DNA of 40,000 nt, from NCBI GenBank assembly GCA_965230005.1, contig OZ245934.1, positions 3,474,906 to 3,514,905 on the forward strand. Direction: 5' to 3'. The notes below the pieces were generated by a model. It was given only the letters and a program-made list of their open reading frames with translations. It searched no databases and was not told the origin of the DNA. Position numbers and translations under genes: made by a program. Numbering within the stretch: the first letter of the stretch is position 1; each line of letters starts with the position of its first letter. Of this stretch, positions 9,558-17,106 are shown in pieces. This stretch comes from Pseudomonadales bacterium (GTDB taxonomy: Bacteria > Pseudomonadota > Gammaproteobacteria > Pseudomonadales > Azotimanducaceae).

Positions 9558-10055
9558 TCAGCGGCTCCTGCTTTTCCCGAGTTCCAGCGCGAGCGGTCTC
9601 GGGGAGGTGTCGGGCATCTGCTCGAGGTATTCAAAGAGATCTTCATAGGTCCTGGTTCGTTCGCGGAAGTACGCCACACCCGGTGTCTGCATCATCTGTC
9701 GGGCTTCCAGCGCCCAGATCTCCCACTGATCGGCCGGGAAGGTGCCATCCAGGTACTGGTGATAGAGGTTGCGGAAGATATTGAAGAATCCGTTCATGAG
9801 ATGGGTGAAGCGATTCCGTTCAGACACGCTCATCTCATGAATTCCTTCAAAACCCTGGTAACAGATTCTCGAGGCTTCCGGATCTGTGAGCAGCGCAACG
9901 TTGAGCTGGTTAAAGCCCGTCATCACGTTGTTGCTGTTGTTCGAGTTGATGCTCTTCGTGTTCTGCCGCACCTGCGCGGTGAGGTAGACGAGCGTCACAA
10001 CCACGCCCAGCGCGCCCACGATCTCCCCGATCGCGCCGATTGCCTCCCAGTTCAT
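9558..10055 (-). CDS. hypothetical membrane-anchored protein
   Basis: ATG 10055 (the track start at 10061 is TTG). One N-terminal TM helix and no known domain. Confidence 0.5.
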   Translation of the reverse strand: MNWEAIGAIGEIVGALGVVVTLVYLTAQVRQNTKSINSNNSNNVMTGFNQLNVALLTDPEASRICYQGFEGIHEMSVSERNRFTHLMNGFFNIFRNLYHQYLDGTFPADQWEIWALEARQMMQTPGVAYFRERTRTYEDLFEYLEQMPDTSPRPLALELGKSRSR

Positions 10056-10115
10056 CTGCAACCCCCGTTCAAAAGTTCGGAACCGCCCGCTTGCCGTATC
10101 TCCCGCTAAGCAGCC

Positions 10116-10517
10116 TTACACACCGCGGACGCCGACGACGAGGAGCGCCGCCAGGGCGATGAGTGAAACCGCGAAGGTCAACGATCTGAAGACCTGGAGA
10201 TTCGCGTAGTAACAGATGGCATACAAAGTTCGAGTGATGGCGAACGCCCAGGCTGCAAGCGCCGTGTGGGCCGGATCCGCGGCGGAGAGAACGCAGAACA
10301 GCAGGCCACACACGAAAATGGCGATGCTCTCATTGGCGTTGCCCACCGCCCGGCTCGCCCTGAAGAGCGGGCTCGAGTGATTCGCTTCCACAGGTGTTCC
10401 AGGCGTGTGTTTCTTCAACACGCCGATAATGTCTGCAACGAGCAGCTGCACCAGCAACAGCCCGGCCACGTAGCCCAGCGCAGCAATCGATAGCGCGTAG
10501 GGTTCGAAGGCGCTCAT
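10116..10517 (-). CDS. MAPEG family membrane protein
   Basis: Trimmed to ATG 10517. About 133 aa with 4 helices. RA..N..E motif region (RAVGNANES). Confidence 0.65.
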   Translation of the reverse strand: MSAFEPYALSIAALGYVAGLLLVQLLVADIIGVLKKHTPGTPVEANHSSPLFRASRAVGNANESIAIFVCGLLFCVLSAADPAHTALAAWAFAITRTLYAICYYANLQVFRSLTFAVSLIALAALLVVGVRGV

Positions 10518-10521
10518 GACC

Positions 10522-11454
10522 TCAATGGGAACCGCTGCAGCGCAGCGTCGTTCCGGGCTGGGTCGGCATGACGGAAGAGATTCTCCAGCCATCGGCGCTA
10601 TTCAGCGTGTAGACCACCGCCTCCGCCCTCTCAGAATCGTCATCGTACCGGCGGACGTAGTCGACGCCGACCAATGCCAGGTCTTCTCGGAGCAGGCAGG
10701 CGTCGATATCGCGAATGACATTCTGCCGCCAGCCTTCCGCTCGAACCTGGGTGCGAAACCCTTCGACCAGGCCGGCAAACGTCTCGGCGGGAACTTTCTC
10801 TGGCGCAGTGGCCGGCGCATGGATGACCACATTCGGGAGCCAGTAACTGCTGATCAGTTCAGCCGCCGGAAGGCCATCCGAATAGCCGGTGAGATACGCC
10901 TCGACGACGGCGGCCGGTTCGGGGGCCATTTCGGGGGCGTGGGACCGCAGGTATCTTCCATCGCTTCCGAAGGACTGTATGTCCCGGTGCGAGTGCAGAG
11001 AAACGAGAGCGCCGGTCTCGTCGCGCCGCAACGTCTGCGAGAATCGAACTGCCAGAGTCTCTTCCTCCCCGCCATGCGCCTTGAAGCGCTCCGTGTGAAC
11101 ACCCCAGACGACGGCGACGTCGCCATGGAGAGAGACATGAAGCGTATCAACGCCCACCTCGTAATACTCCCAAAGCGCCAGACCCTGGGTGAGCGCGGTT
11201 TTCAATTGCTCATCGGAAAGCGCCGTCACGCCCCTCGGAGCGAGGGTGCGAAAGCCAAAGCCCGGCTCAAAGCCAAAGCGCGAGGCGACGATGGCGTCGA
11301 CATCGCCGTCGTTGTAGGCCGCGTAGAGTTCATGCACTTTGCGGCGTACCTCTTCGTCAGTCAGCGCCGCCGGTCCGTCGGCGGCCAACGCCGCCCCGGA
11401 AAAACACACGACGAGCGCTATCCATCGCATCACGTCAAACCATCGAATGATCAT
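10522..11454 (-). CDS. secreted tandem SnoaL/NTF2-like protein
   Basis: Signal peptide (MRWIALVVCFSGAALA). Start is ATG 11454 (ATGA overlap) or ATG 11430. Two NTF2-like halves. Family call is weak. Confidence 0.55.
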   Translation of the reverse strand: MIIRWFDVMRWIALVVCFSGAALAADGPAALTDEEVRRKVHELYAAYNDGDVDAIVASRFGFEPGFGFRTLAPRGVTALSDEQLKTALTQGLALWEYYEVGVDTLHVSLHGDVAVVWGVHTERFKAHGGEEETLAVRFSQTLRRDETGALVSLHSHRDIQSFGSDGRYLRSHAPEMAPEPAAVVEAYLTGYSDGLPAAELISSYWLPNVVIHAPATAPEKVPAETFAGLVEGFRTQVRAEGWRQNVIRDIDACLLREDLALVGVDYVRRYDDDSERAEAVVYTLNSADGWRISSVMPTQPGTTLRCSGSH

Positions 11455-11861
11455 CTCGGGGGACCTTCTGGAAACTGTTCGAATGAATCGGAAATCTCCT
11501 GCCACGGTGCCCTGGAATCACAGTAGATGTGCATGGGTCGGACCACCTCCGGCTCTCCATCGAGAGATCCCGCGGGAATCAGGTAAATCTTGTCGTAGCG
11601 CAGCTTCGGCATCGGCGAACCACACTGGGAGCAGGACACCGCGTGGTATCCAGACGGCGCTGTGAACTCGTGCAGGTATTCCGCGCCCTGCTTCCAGGTC
11701 AGATTGCCGGCCTTAACGGCGAGCAGCGAAGCGTTTCCGGACCCCGTGAACTTCCTGCATTTACTGCAGTGGCAGAAGTAGAGGACCTTGAACGCTGCGG
11801 CTACTTCGAAGGAGATCTCTCCGCAAAGGCAACTGCCGGTGACCACGTTGTTCAGGGTCAC
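11451..11861 (-). CDS. GFA family protein
   Basis: CLCGEISF...CHCSKCRK...CSQCGSP. GTGA overlap upstream. Confidence 0.8.
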   Translation of the reverse strand: MTLNNVVTGSCLCGEISFEVAAAFKVLYFCHCSKCRKFTGSGNASLLAVKAGNLTWKQGAEYLHEFTAPSGYHAVSCSQCGSPMPKLRYDKIYLIPAGSLDGEPEVVRPMHIYCDSRAPWQEISDSFEQFPEGPPR

Positions 11862-12262
11862 ACCGCGCCTCCTGCACCGGGCCCCGTCTCATGATGAGGA
11901 AGCTCGTCTCCAATCTCACACCATCGAGGCTTCGAAGAGACCCAGAGATGCATCTCCGGTTCCGGCACCGCCCCAGAATCCAGCACACCGAGCGGTATGC
12001 CCACGATCTGCGGATGGTCTTTCGATTCAAACCACACCGGTGAGCCGCATCGCCTGCAGAAGTTTCTGATCCCTCTGCCGGAGTCGAAAGTACCAACCTC
12101 GGCACCGGACTTTTCCAGCGCTGAGGCCTGTGCCATGGCCCAGGCTGCCGGAGAGGTGCCAGAGAACTTCCGACAATTGGCGCAATGGCAGTAACGCACG
12201 CCAGTGAGCGTGCCGTTGAGCCGGAACTCGACGGAGCCGCACAAGCAGGATCCCTCAATCAT
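11858..12262 (-). CDS. GFA family protein
   Basis: CLCGSVEF...CHCANCRK...CRRCGSP. ATG start. Confidence 0.8.
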   Translation of the reverse strand: MIEGSCLCGSVEFRLNGTLTGVRYCHCANCRKFSGTSPAAWAMAQASALEKSGAEVGTFDSGRGIRNFCRRCGSPVWFESKDHPQIVGIPLGVLDSGAVPEPEMHLWVSSKPRWCEIGDELPHHETGPGAGGAV

Positions 12263-12289
12263 CGACGCATCTTCCGCACGCGAGTCATC

Positions 12290-12841
12290 TCACGACGTCC
12301 GGACCTGCGAACGGTCTGGCGCCGATTGTCGCGCCTCCCACACAGGGCGGGCCAAGGAAAAACTCAGTCCATCACTTTCCACGCCTGGCTCCTCCGAAAA
12401 ACCGATTTTGTGCAGCACGCGGATCGACGCGCGGTTTTCGCGATCAGTCAGCGCCGCAATGCGTTCCAGCTCCGGATACGCCGAGAAGGCATCATCCAGC
12501 ACTTTCTCGACGGCCTCCTGGCAAAGTCCACGGCCGCGAAGGCCGGCGTGGATGCCGTAGCCAACGGTAGCCACCCTGAAGTCTTCCTCGAAGTTCAAAC
12601 TGACGACGCCCACAACGCCCCCATCAACCTCAAGCGCCCAGTTCGGACGGCGCAACCGCTCCCTGCCCGTCATCTCAACGACAAAATCGACCGCATCATC
12701 ATGGGTAAACCCGGCCGGTACGCTGGCATTGAATCGCTCCCACCCGGGGTCGCTCTTCCAATAGTCGTAAACCGCCGGTGCATCACTCAGGACAAAGGGG
12801 CGGAGGGAGAGATTCTCGGTCTGCAGTCGGTCTGGAATCAT
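12290..12841 (-). CDS. GNAT family N-acetyltransferase (RimJ/RimL-like)
   Basis: 183 aa. LRPF...D...Y N-terminus and RGRGLCQEAV motif A. ATG start. Confidence 0.85.
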   Translation of the reverse strand: MIPDRLQTENLSLRPFVLSDAPAVYDYWKSDPGWERFNASVPAGFTHDDAVDFVVEMTGRERLRRPNWALEVDGGVVGVVSLNFEEDFRVATVGYGIHAGLRGRGLCQEAVEKVLDDAFSAYPELERIAALTDRENRASIRVLHKIGFSEEPGVESDGLSFSLARPVWEARQSAPDRSQVRTS

Positions 12842-12997
12842 CCCGGGAAACGCAGGATCAGCCTTCAGCCACGATGGGCGCCGCTGGGCGCCCTGGATCG
12901 CGAGGCGGGACCTTAGGCCGGGTGCAAGCGAACCGTGGCGAAGTGAGCAGCACGATTCTCATCCCCTCTCATCTCCCCTTGTGGATGTGAAGCTCGT

Positions 12998-13076
12998 GGC
13001 TAGAACCTACCAATGCCGCTGCGGTTTTAGAAGACCGAGCAACGCATACGAAGCAGTCGGCCCATGAGTCTGGCGC
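12998..13076 (-). repeat. possible strongly eroded attC remnant
   Basis: Lies directly 3' of the HIT gene. Ends ggctagaac...gtctggcgc|tca weakly echo gcctaac...gttaggcg|tca. Partial arm complementarity. Hand alignment only. Confidence 0.2.
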
Positions 13077-13445
13077 TCAGCTCCGTGAGAGTCTCTCGGC
13101 AGGATCGATGTTTCGCCCATAGGACTGACCATAGGCGCAGTGGAAGTGCAGGTGCTTCGAGTCCTGATACTCACCCAGATTCGTCAGAACCCGGCAGGCA
13201 CCATGTTCCTGCTCCACGGACGCGGCGACCTGTCTGACCACTTCCAACACCCTGCTGAGCGCGTCCACCGGATGATCCCCGAGATCGGTGAGCGATGGTA
13301 TGTGCGCCTTTGGAACAACGACGATATGCACCGGCCAGTAGGGCCGCGTGTGGTGGAAGGCGAGCACATCCTCCGTTTCGAGGACCACCTCGATCGGCGT
13401 GTTCCTGGGAATCGCCTCATCACAGTAAAAGTCGCTTCCTGACAA
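13077..13445 (-). CDS. HIT family protein (distal cassette)
   Basis: Histidine triad HLHFHCAYG. The only possible start is TTG 13445, one codon after an in-frame TAG. GGAG lies 9 nt upstream, inside the eroded attC. Confidence 0.75.
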   Translation of the reverse strand: MSGSDFYCDEAIPRNTPIEVVLETEDVLAFHHTRPYWPVHIVVVPKAHIPSLTDLGDHPVDALSRVLEVVRQVAASVEQEHGACRVLTNLGEYQDSKHLHFHCAYGQSYGRNIDPAERLSRS

Positions 13446-13446
13446 A

Positions 13447-13542
13447 GGCTAGCGCTCCAAAAACCAACGATAGAGGCCGGCGGGTTGGATCGGCCGCGAG
13501 AGGGCTACCGATTCGCGCGTTTGAATCATCGCCTTGCCAGGC
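13447..13542 (-). repeat. degenerate attC site
   Basis: Exactly 96 bp. The right 16 nt catcgccttgccaggc match the family. Both cores are mutated (plus strand ggctagc / gccaggc). Abuts the GNAT stop as other attCs do. Confidence 0.55.
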
Positions 13543-13543
13543 G

Positions 13544-14038
13544 TCATAGTCGTTTGACCATATAGCGGCATAGATCTCTCGCGAGCCCGAGCCCTCCGTC
13601 CATTAAAGGATACTGGTACTCATCGAAGTATTCTTCGAGTTCAGTGTCTTCGAATCCCAGCTCCCGATAGAGAGAGTACGCCTTCGGATTCGCATGGCTT
13701 ACGCCAAGGCTGATCGCTTCAAATCCCTTCAATGCGGCCCGAGATTCCATGTTGGCAATAAGAGCGCGCCCGATGCCCTGAGACCGATAGGACTCCCTGA
13801 CTTCAAGACGATAGATCTCAGGCGCTTCCGGGAAGAGTTGCTTGGCCTGAGAGTCACGAGGGCCAAGCCATCGAACGAAGCCCCATCCAAGGATCTCCCC
13901 ACTCGCCAATGCGAGATAGAGGGAGTGCTCTTCTCGAGTTTGATCTTCGAGGTCCTGCTCGAACGTCCGCTCAACCGATGGCTTTACATACCGCTTGATG
14001 AGTTCGAGATCTGCAACCTCAGCCCGCCGAATGTCCAT
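13544..14038 (-). CDS. GNAT family N-acetyltransferase (cassette)
   Basis: Trimmed to ATG 14038, since the track ORF extends through the attC. Motif A is RSQGIGRALI. Confidence 0.85.
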   Translation of the reverse strand: MDIRRAEVADLELIKRYVKPSVERTFEQDLEDQTREEHSLYLALASGEILGWGFVRWLGPRDSQAKQLFPEAPEIYRLEVRESYRSQGIGRALIANMESRAALKGFEAISLGVSHANPKAYSLYRELGFEDTELEEYFDEYQYPLMDGGLGLARDLCRYMVKRL

Positions 14039-14046
14039 GAGGTGAC

Positions 14047-14142
14047 GCCTAACGCCGCGACAGGCGGCGCTGAAATCTGGTTGGCCAGAGCGGCAGAGAA
14101 AGGAGGACAACATCAAGCAGCCGATTGATCACCTGGTTAGGC
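14047..14142 (-). repeat. integron attC site
   Basis: 96 bp, gcctaac...gttaggc on the plus strand. About 27 hand-counted mismatches to the array consensus. Arms still complementary, with 2 extra bases on the high-coordinate arm. Confidence 0.8.
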
Positions 14143-14191
14143 GTCATTTTGTGTGTTCTCCTTAAACGTCCTCAGTGGAATTCCGAAAAGA

Positions 14192-14722
14192 ATGATCACA
14201 AGCCGTTCGACTTTTGGCCGATGCCAGTGTGGTCAGGCTCGCTTCAAGCTGAATGCACCGCCGCTCTTTACGCATGCCTGCCATTGCCACAACTGTCAAC
14301 GCAGCAGCGGAAGCGCTTTCGGACTTTCCACGATAGTACTGCGCGAAAACTTCGAGGTAACCACGGGCAGTTTGGCATCAAAATCTACCAGTCCCCGGAC
14401 TACGATCTATCGGTGTTCAGAATGCGGCACGATGATCTACTCAGAATCAACTGAGTTCCCTGCTACATACATCGTTCGAGGCGGGACCTTCGACGACCCT
14501 GGCGTGGTCGAGCCCGGAGTTCACATCTGGGTGAAGCACAAACACCCGTGGATCAAGCTGCCGAGCGGTGTTCAGCAGTTTGATGAGGAGTACAACTTCA
14601 GAGAAGTGTGGCCGACCAATACCCTCGAGCGTTTAGATGCGGCAACCAATGCGCCAAGTTCCACCGGGTTGACGCCCACCGCGGGAAAACAATCAGGTGA
14701 TTGGAGCCAGGAGCAGCGGTAA
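14192..14722 (+). CDS. GFA family protein (antisense to the array)
   Basis: ATG 14192. CQCGQARF...CHCHNCQRS...CSECGT. The stop TAA lies in ggtaacaagg. Confidence 0.8.
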   Translation: MITSRSTFGRCQCGQARFKLNAPPLFTHACHCHNCQRSSGSAFGLSTIVLRENFEVTTGSLASKSTSPRTTIYRCSECGTMIYSESTEFPATYIVRGGTFDDPGVVEPGVHIWVKHKHPWIKLPSGVQQFDEEYNFREVWPTNTLERLDAATNAPSSTGLTPTAGKQSGDWSQEQR

Positions 14723-15121
14723 CAAGGAAACACAGTAGTAAAGCGCCAGTACGGCGATGTGAAGAATTCTCGCAGAGAAAAAGCCTGGAAGGGCAATCAC
14801 GAGTGCCGAGGCTCCCACACCCCACCATGGAAGTTCGAGAGATAGCACGCCCGGAAGCTGATCGACTAGCTGAGATGCTATGAAATCGATCGCTAGAAAG
14901 GAGTATCCGAATCGCGCGCACCTGAAATAGTGTTCGCCAAGGTCGTACACCTTATTCGATGCTGCCGGCACAAACGAAGTGACTGATAGCGTTAAAAGCA
15001 TAACCGGAAGAAGCAGGACGAGGATTTTGTAGTGAAAATCAAACTCTACCGTCCGATAGCCCCAGATCCCGCCGACGTGAATAATCAGGTTAACGACCAG
15101 GGCAATCGTGATCGCCAGCAA
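14693..15121 (-). CDS. integral membrane protein, start unresolved (possible frameshift)
   Basis: 142-aa hydrophobic ORF with only a TTG start and no SD. A 28-aa ATG-initiated TM ORF (15157..15243) lies just upstream in another frame. Confidence 0.45.
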   Translation of the reverse strand: MLAITIALVVNLIIHVGGIWGYRTVEFDFHYKILVLLLPVMLLTLSVTSFVPAASNKVYDLGEHYFRCARFGYSFLAIDFIASQLVDQLPGVLSLELPWWGVGASALVIALPGFFSARILHIAVLALYYCVSLLPLLLAPIT

Positions 15122-15249
15122 AAACCAGGGGTTTTTGTACTGCTCTCTGGATTGAGTTACGGCTCCCAGAACAAAAGAACGGACGTGATCGCGATTGCAG
15201 CGACAATGCCAACTAAACCCATCAGGAATTCAAAGTGGCTCATTTAGAC

Positions 15250-15345
15250 ACCTGACGCCGCGACAAGCGGCACTTGAGTCCTGCCGACTGGAGCGACAGC
15301 GAAAAGAAACCGCGGTCAAGCGTCCGATTCATCGCCTGGTTAGGC
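15250..15345 (-). repeat. integron attC site
   Basis: 96 bp, acctgac...gttaggc. About 14 mismatches to consensus. R' core reads GTCAGGT on the minus strand. Confidence 0.8.
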
Positions 15346-15365
15346 ATCAACAGGATCAAACGCCC

Positions 15366-15412
15366 GAATGTCAGGCGGCCCCTCAAGCGCTGAAACGAAC
15401 TCGTCGAAGGCG
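15366..15412 (+). repeat. attC-derived fragment, apparently inverted
   Basis: gtcaggcggcccctcaagcgc matches the minus-strand form gtc-ggcggcc-ctcaagcgc of the family (20/22 with 2 gaps). Ends ...gaaggcgctcat versus ttaggcgtcat. Confidence 0.35.
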
Positions 15413-15516
15413 CTCATATGTCCTCCCCAGGGCAACCATTGCGAATCTGAGAACCCAATAACATACACATTTTGCTAGCCTGCCAGCGACGTGTTTCAAA
15501 CCAAGAGGGGTCTGCC

Positions 15517-15990
15517 ATGAAACCTGTTGTGAACCTTTCCGAGGTGGCTTTCGACGACGTAGAGGAAAACGGTTTTTACACCTCACGCCGCGCACTCTTC
15601 AGTGAAAGCATCGGAGCGCGGGAGCTTGGATACAACTTAACCGAACTGCCGGCAGGTAAAGCGCAATGCCCTTTTCATAACCATCGAGCAGAGGAGGAGA
15701 TGTTCCTGATCCTCGAGGGGGAGGGGGAACTCAGGTTTGGACAAGCGCGTTATCCGATACGCGCGATGGATGTCATCGCTTGCCCTCCCGGTGGCTCAGA
15801 GGTCGCCCACCAGATCATAAACACAGGCGCGACGACTCTACGCTATCTTGCAGTTTCTACCCTCGCACCGGTCGAAATGGCAGAGTACCCCGATTCCGGA
15901 AAGATCGGTGTATACGGCAGCGTTGGCGAGTCTGGCGGGACCTGGCGAGCTTCGGATAAGGTCGACTATTACGATGGCGAATCGGTCTGA
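15517..15990 (+). CDS. cupin domain protein (antisense to the array)
   Basis: ATG 15517 with AGAGGGG SD. Cupin motifs PFHNHRAEEEMFLILEGEG and IACPPGG..VAHQIIN. Confidence 0.85.
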   Translation: MKPVVNLSEVAFDDVEENGFYTSRRALFSESIGARELGYNLTELPAGKAQCPFHNHRAEEEMFLILEGEGELRFGQARYPIRAMDVIACPPGGSEVAHQIINTGATTLRYLAVSTLAPVEMAEYPDSGKIGVYGSVGESGGTWRASDKVDYYDGESV

Positions 15991-16072
15991 AAGATCGACG
16001 CGAGTGACCGTTAGTGCCTCCCGCGCCTCAACGCCGAGTTTTGGGAGCTATCCGCCGGCCAAGACCACCGAG

Positions 16073-16360
16073 CTAGTCTGGTTTTTTTCCATAGGCATCG
16101 AAGTTCTGGATGTAGTCGTCCATGTTTTCTTCGAGCATCTTTTTGTACTCATCGAGAAAATACTGGATGTACTCCTGCCGCCGCTCGCCCATCTCTGCCG
16201 CGCTGTCGGATCCTCGAGCACTCAGCCAGGCATTGAAGCGCGCCGTCGCATACATCATTGAGGCGCTGACTTTTCCTGAACCCACGTCCCCTATCTGACT
16301 GTTGGCCAGATCAATGTGCGCATCTGCGCGATCGTAGAACTTGTTATCCGCTTCGCTCAT
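16073..16360 (-). CDS. DUF3144-like protein
   Basis: 95 aa, ATG with GAGGG SD. FYDRADAHIDLAN...KVSASMMYATARFNAW resembles DUF3144. Confidence 0.65.
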   Translation of the reverse strand: MSEADNKFYDRADAHIDLANSQIGDVGSGKVSASMMYATARFNAWLSARGSDSAAEMGERRQEYIQYFLDEYKKMLEENMDDYIQNFDAYGKKPD

Positions 16361-16461
16361 TAACCCTCATCCGCCCACCTGGCACTGGTCGATCGCAGTG
16401 ATTCAGGTTTGATCGTACGCTTTCCAGAAGCTGGCCGCTCTTCCCTAAGGCATAAGGTGCC

Positions 16462-17106
16462 TCAGTTGTAGCCAAGCAGCAGCTCGAGCCGCCCTTCCTG
16501 CAGGAGCGTTGCCCGCTGGATGGTGAGCGCCGGGAAGTGTTCCGTGAGCTCCTGTTGGGTGTGCGCATGATAAGGGCCCATCGTGGCATCCGGTCGAAGC
16601 AGCAGGTGGCTGCCTTTCAGAATGCCGAACCGATAGCGCTCCTGGGCACCGCCCTGGCCGCGTTCGTTTTTCCGAGCGCCCTGATGGAGTGAGCCGAAGC
16701 CGTAGCCAAGGGTTCGGCTGTCGAAGTGCGGGGCCAGGGCGCGGCTCAGCCCTTCGAGGAGTCGCAGGTCCATGTGATGGAAGGCATCCCAGAAAAGGCA
16801 CACGTCGAAAACGAGATCGTCCGGCAGGTTCAGGTAACGGGCGAAGTATTCGGCCGCGCTGCCGGCGGTGATGTCCTCGGGCACTTCGTTCACGATGTCA
16901 CAGGAGAAGAGGTCGGCGAACTGGATGCGCGCGCTGTGCGCGGCGAAGAAGTCGACCGTGCTCTGCGAGCCACTGCCTGCGTCGAGGACGTTGAGGCGGC
17001 CCCGGGACTCGAGCTGCTCGAGCATCATGGGCAGCAGGCGGCTCTCGACGGAGCTCGTGCCTGGTGCCAGATCCTGGGGCCGTGATGAATCGCGGCCAAA
17101 CACCAA
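16462..17106 (-). CDS. class I SAM-methyltransferase-like protein
   Basis: LNVLDAGSGSQS resembles motif I. TTG/GTG starts follow immediately after the bactofilin stop. High GC. Function uncertain. Confidence 0.5.
   Translation of the reverse strand: MVFGRDSSRPQDLAPGTSSVESRLLPMMLEQLESRGRLNVLDAGSGSQSTVDFFAAHSARIQFADLFSCDIVNEVPEDITAGSAAEYFARYLNLPDDLVFDVCLFWDAFHHMDLRLLEGLSRALAPHFDSRTLGYGFGSLHQGARKNERGQGGAQERYRFGILKGSHLLLRPDATMGPYHAHTQQELTEHFPALTIQRATLLQEGRLELLLGYN

Noticed and set aside
13544-14038. Cassette GNAT as an aminoglycoside acetyltransferase (AAC) resistance gene
   Set aside because: Only the generic GNAT motif A is recognisable, and I see no similarity to AAC(6') or AAC(3) sequences I know. 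Calling it a resistance gene would be unsupported without a database search.
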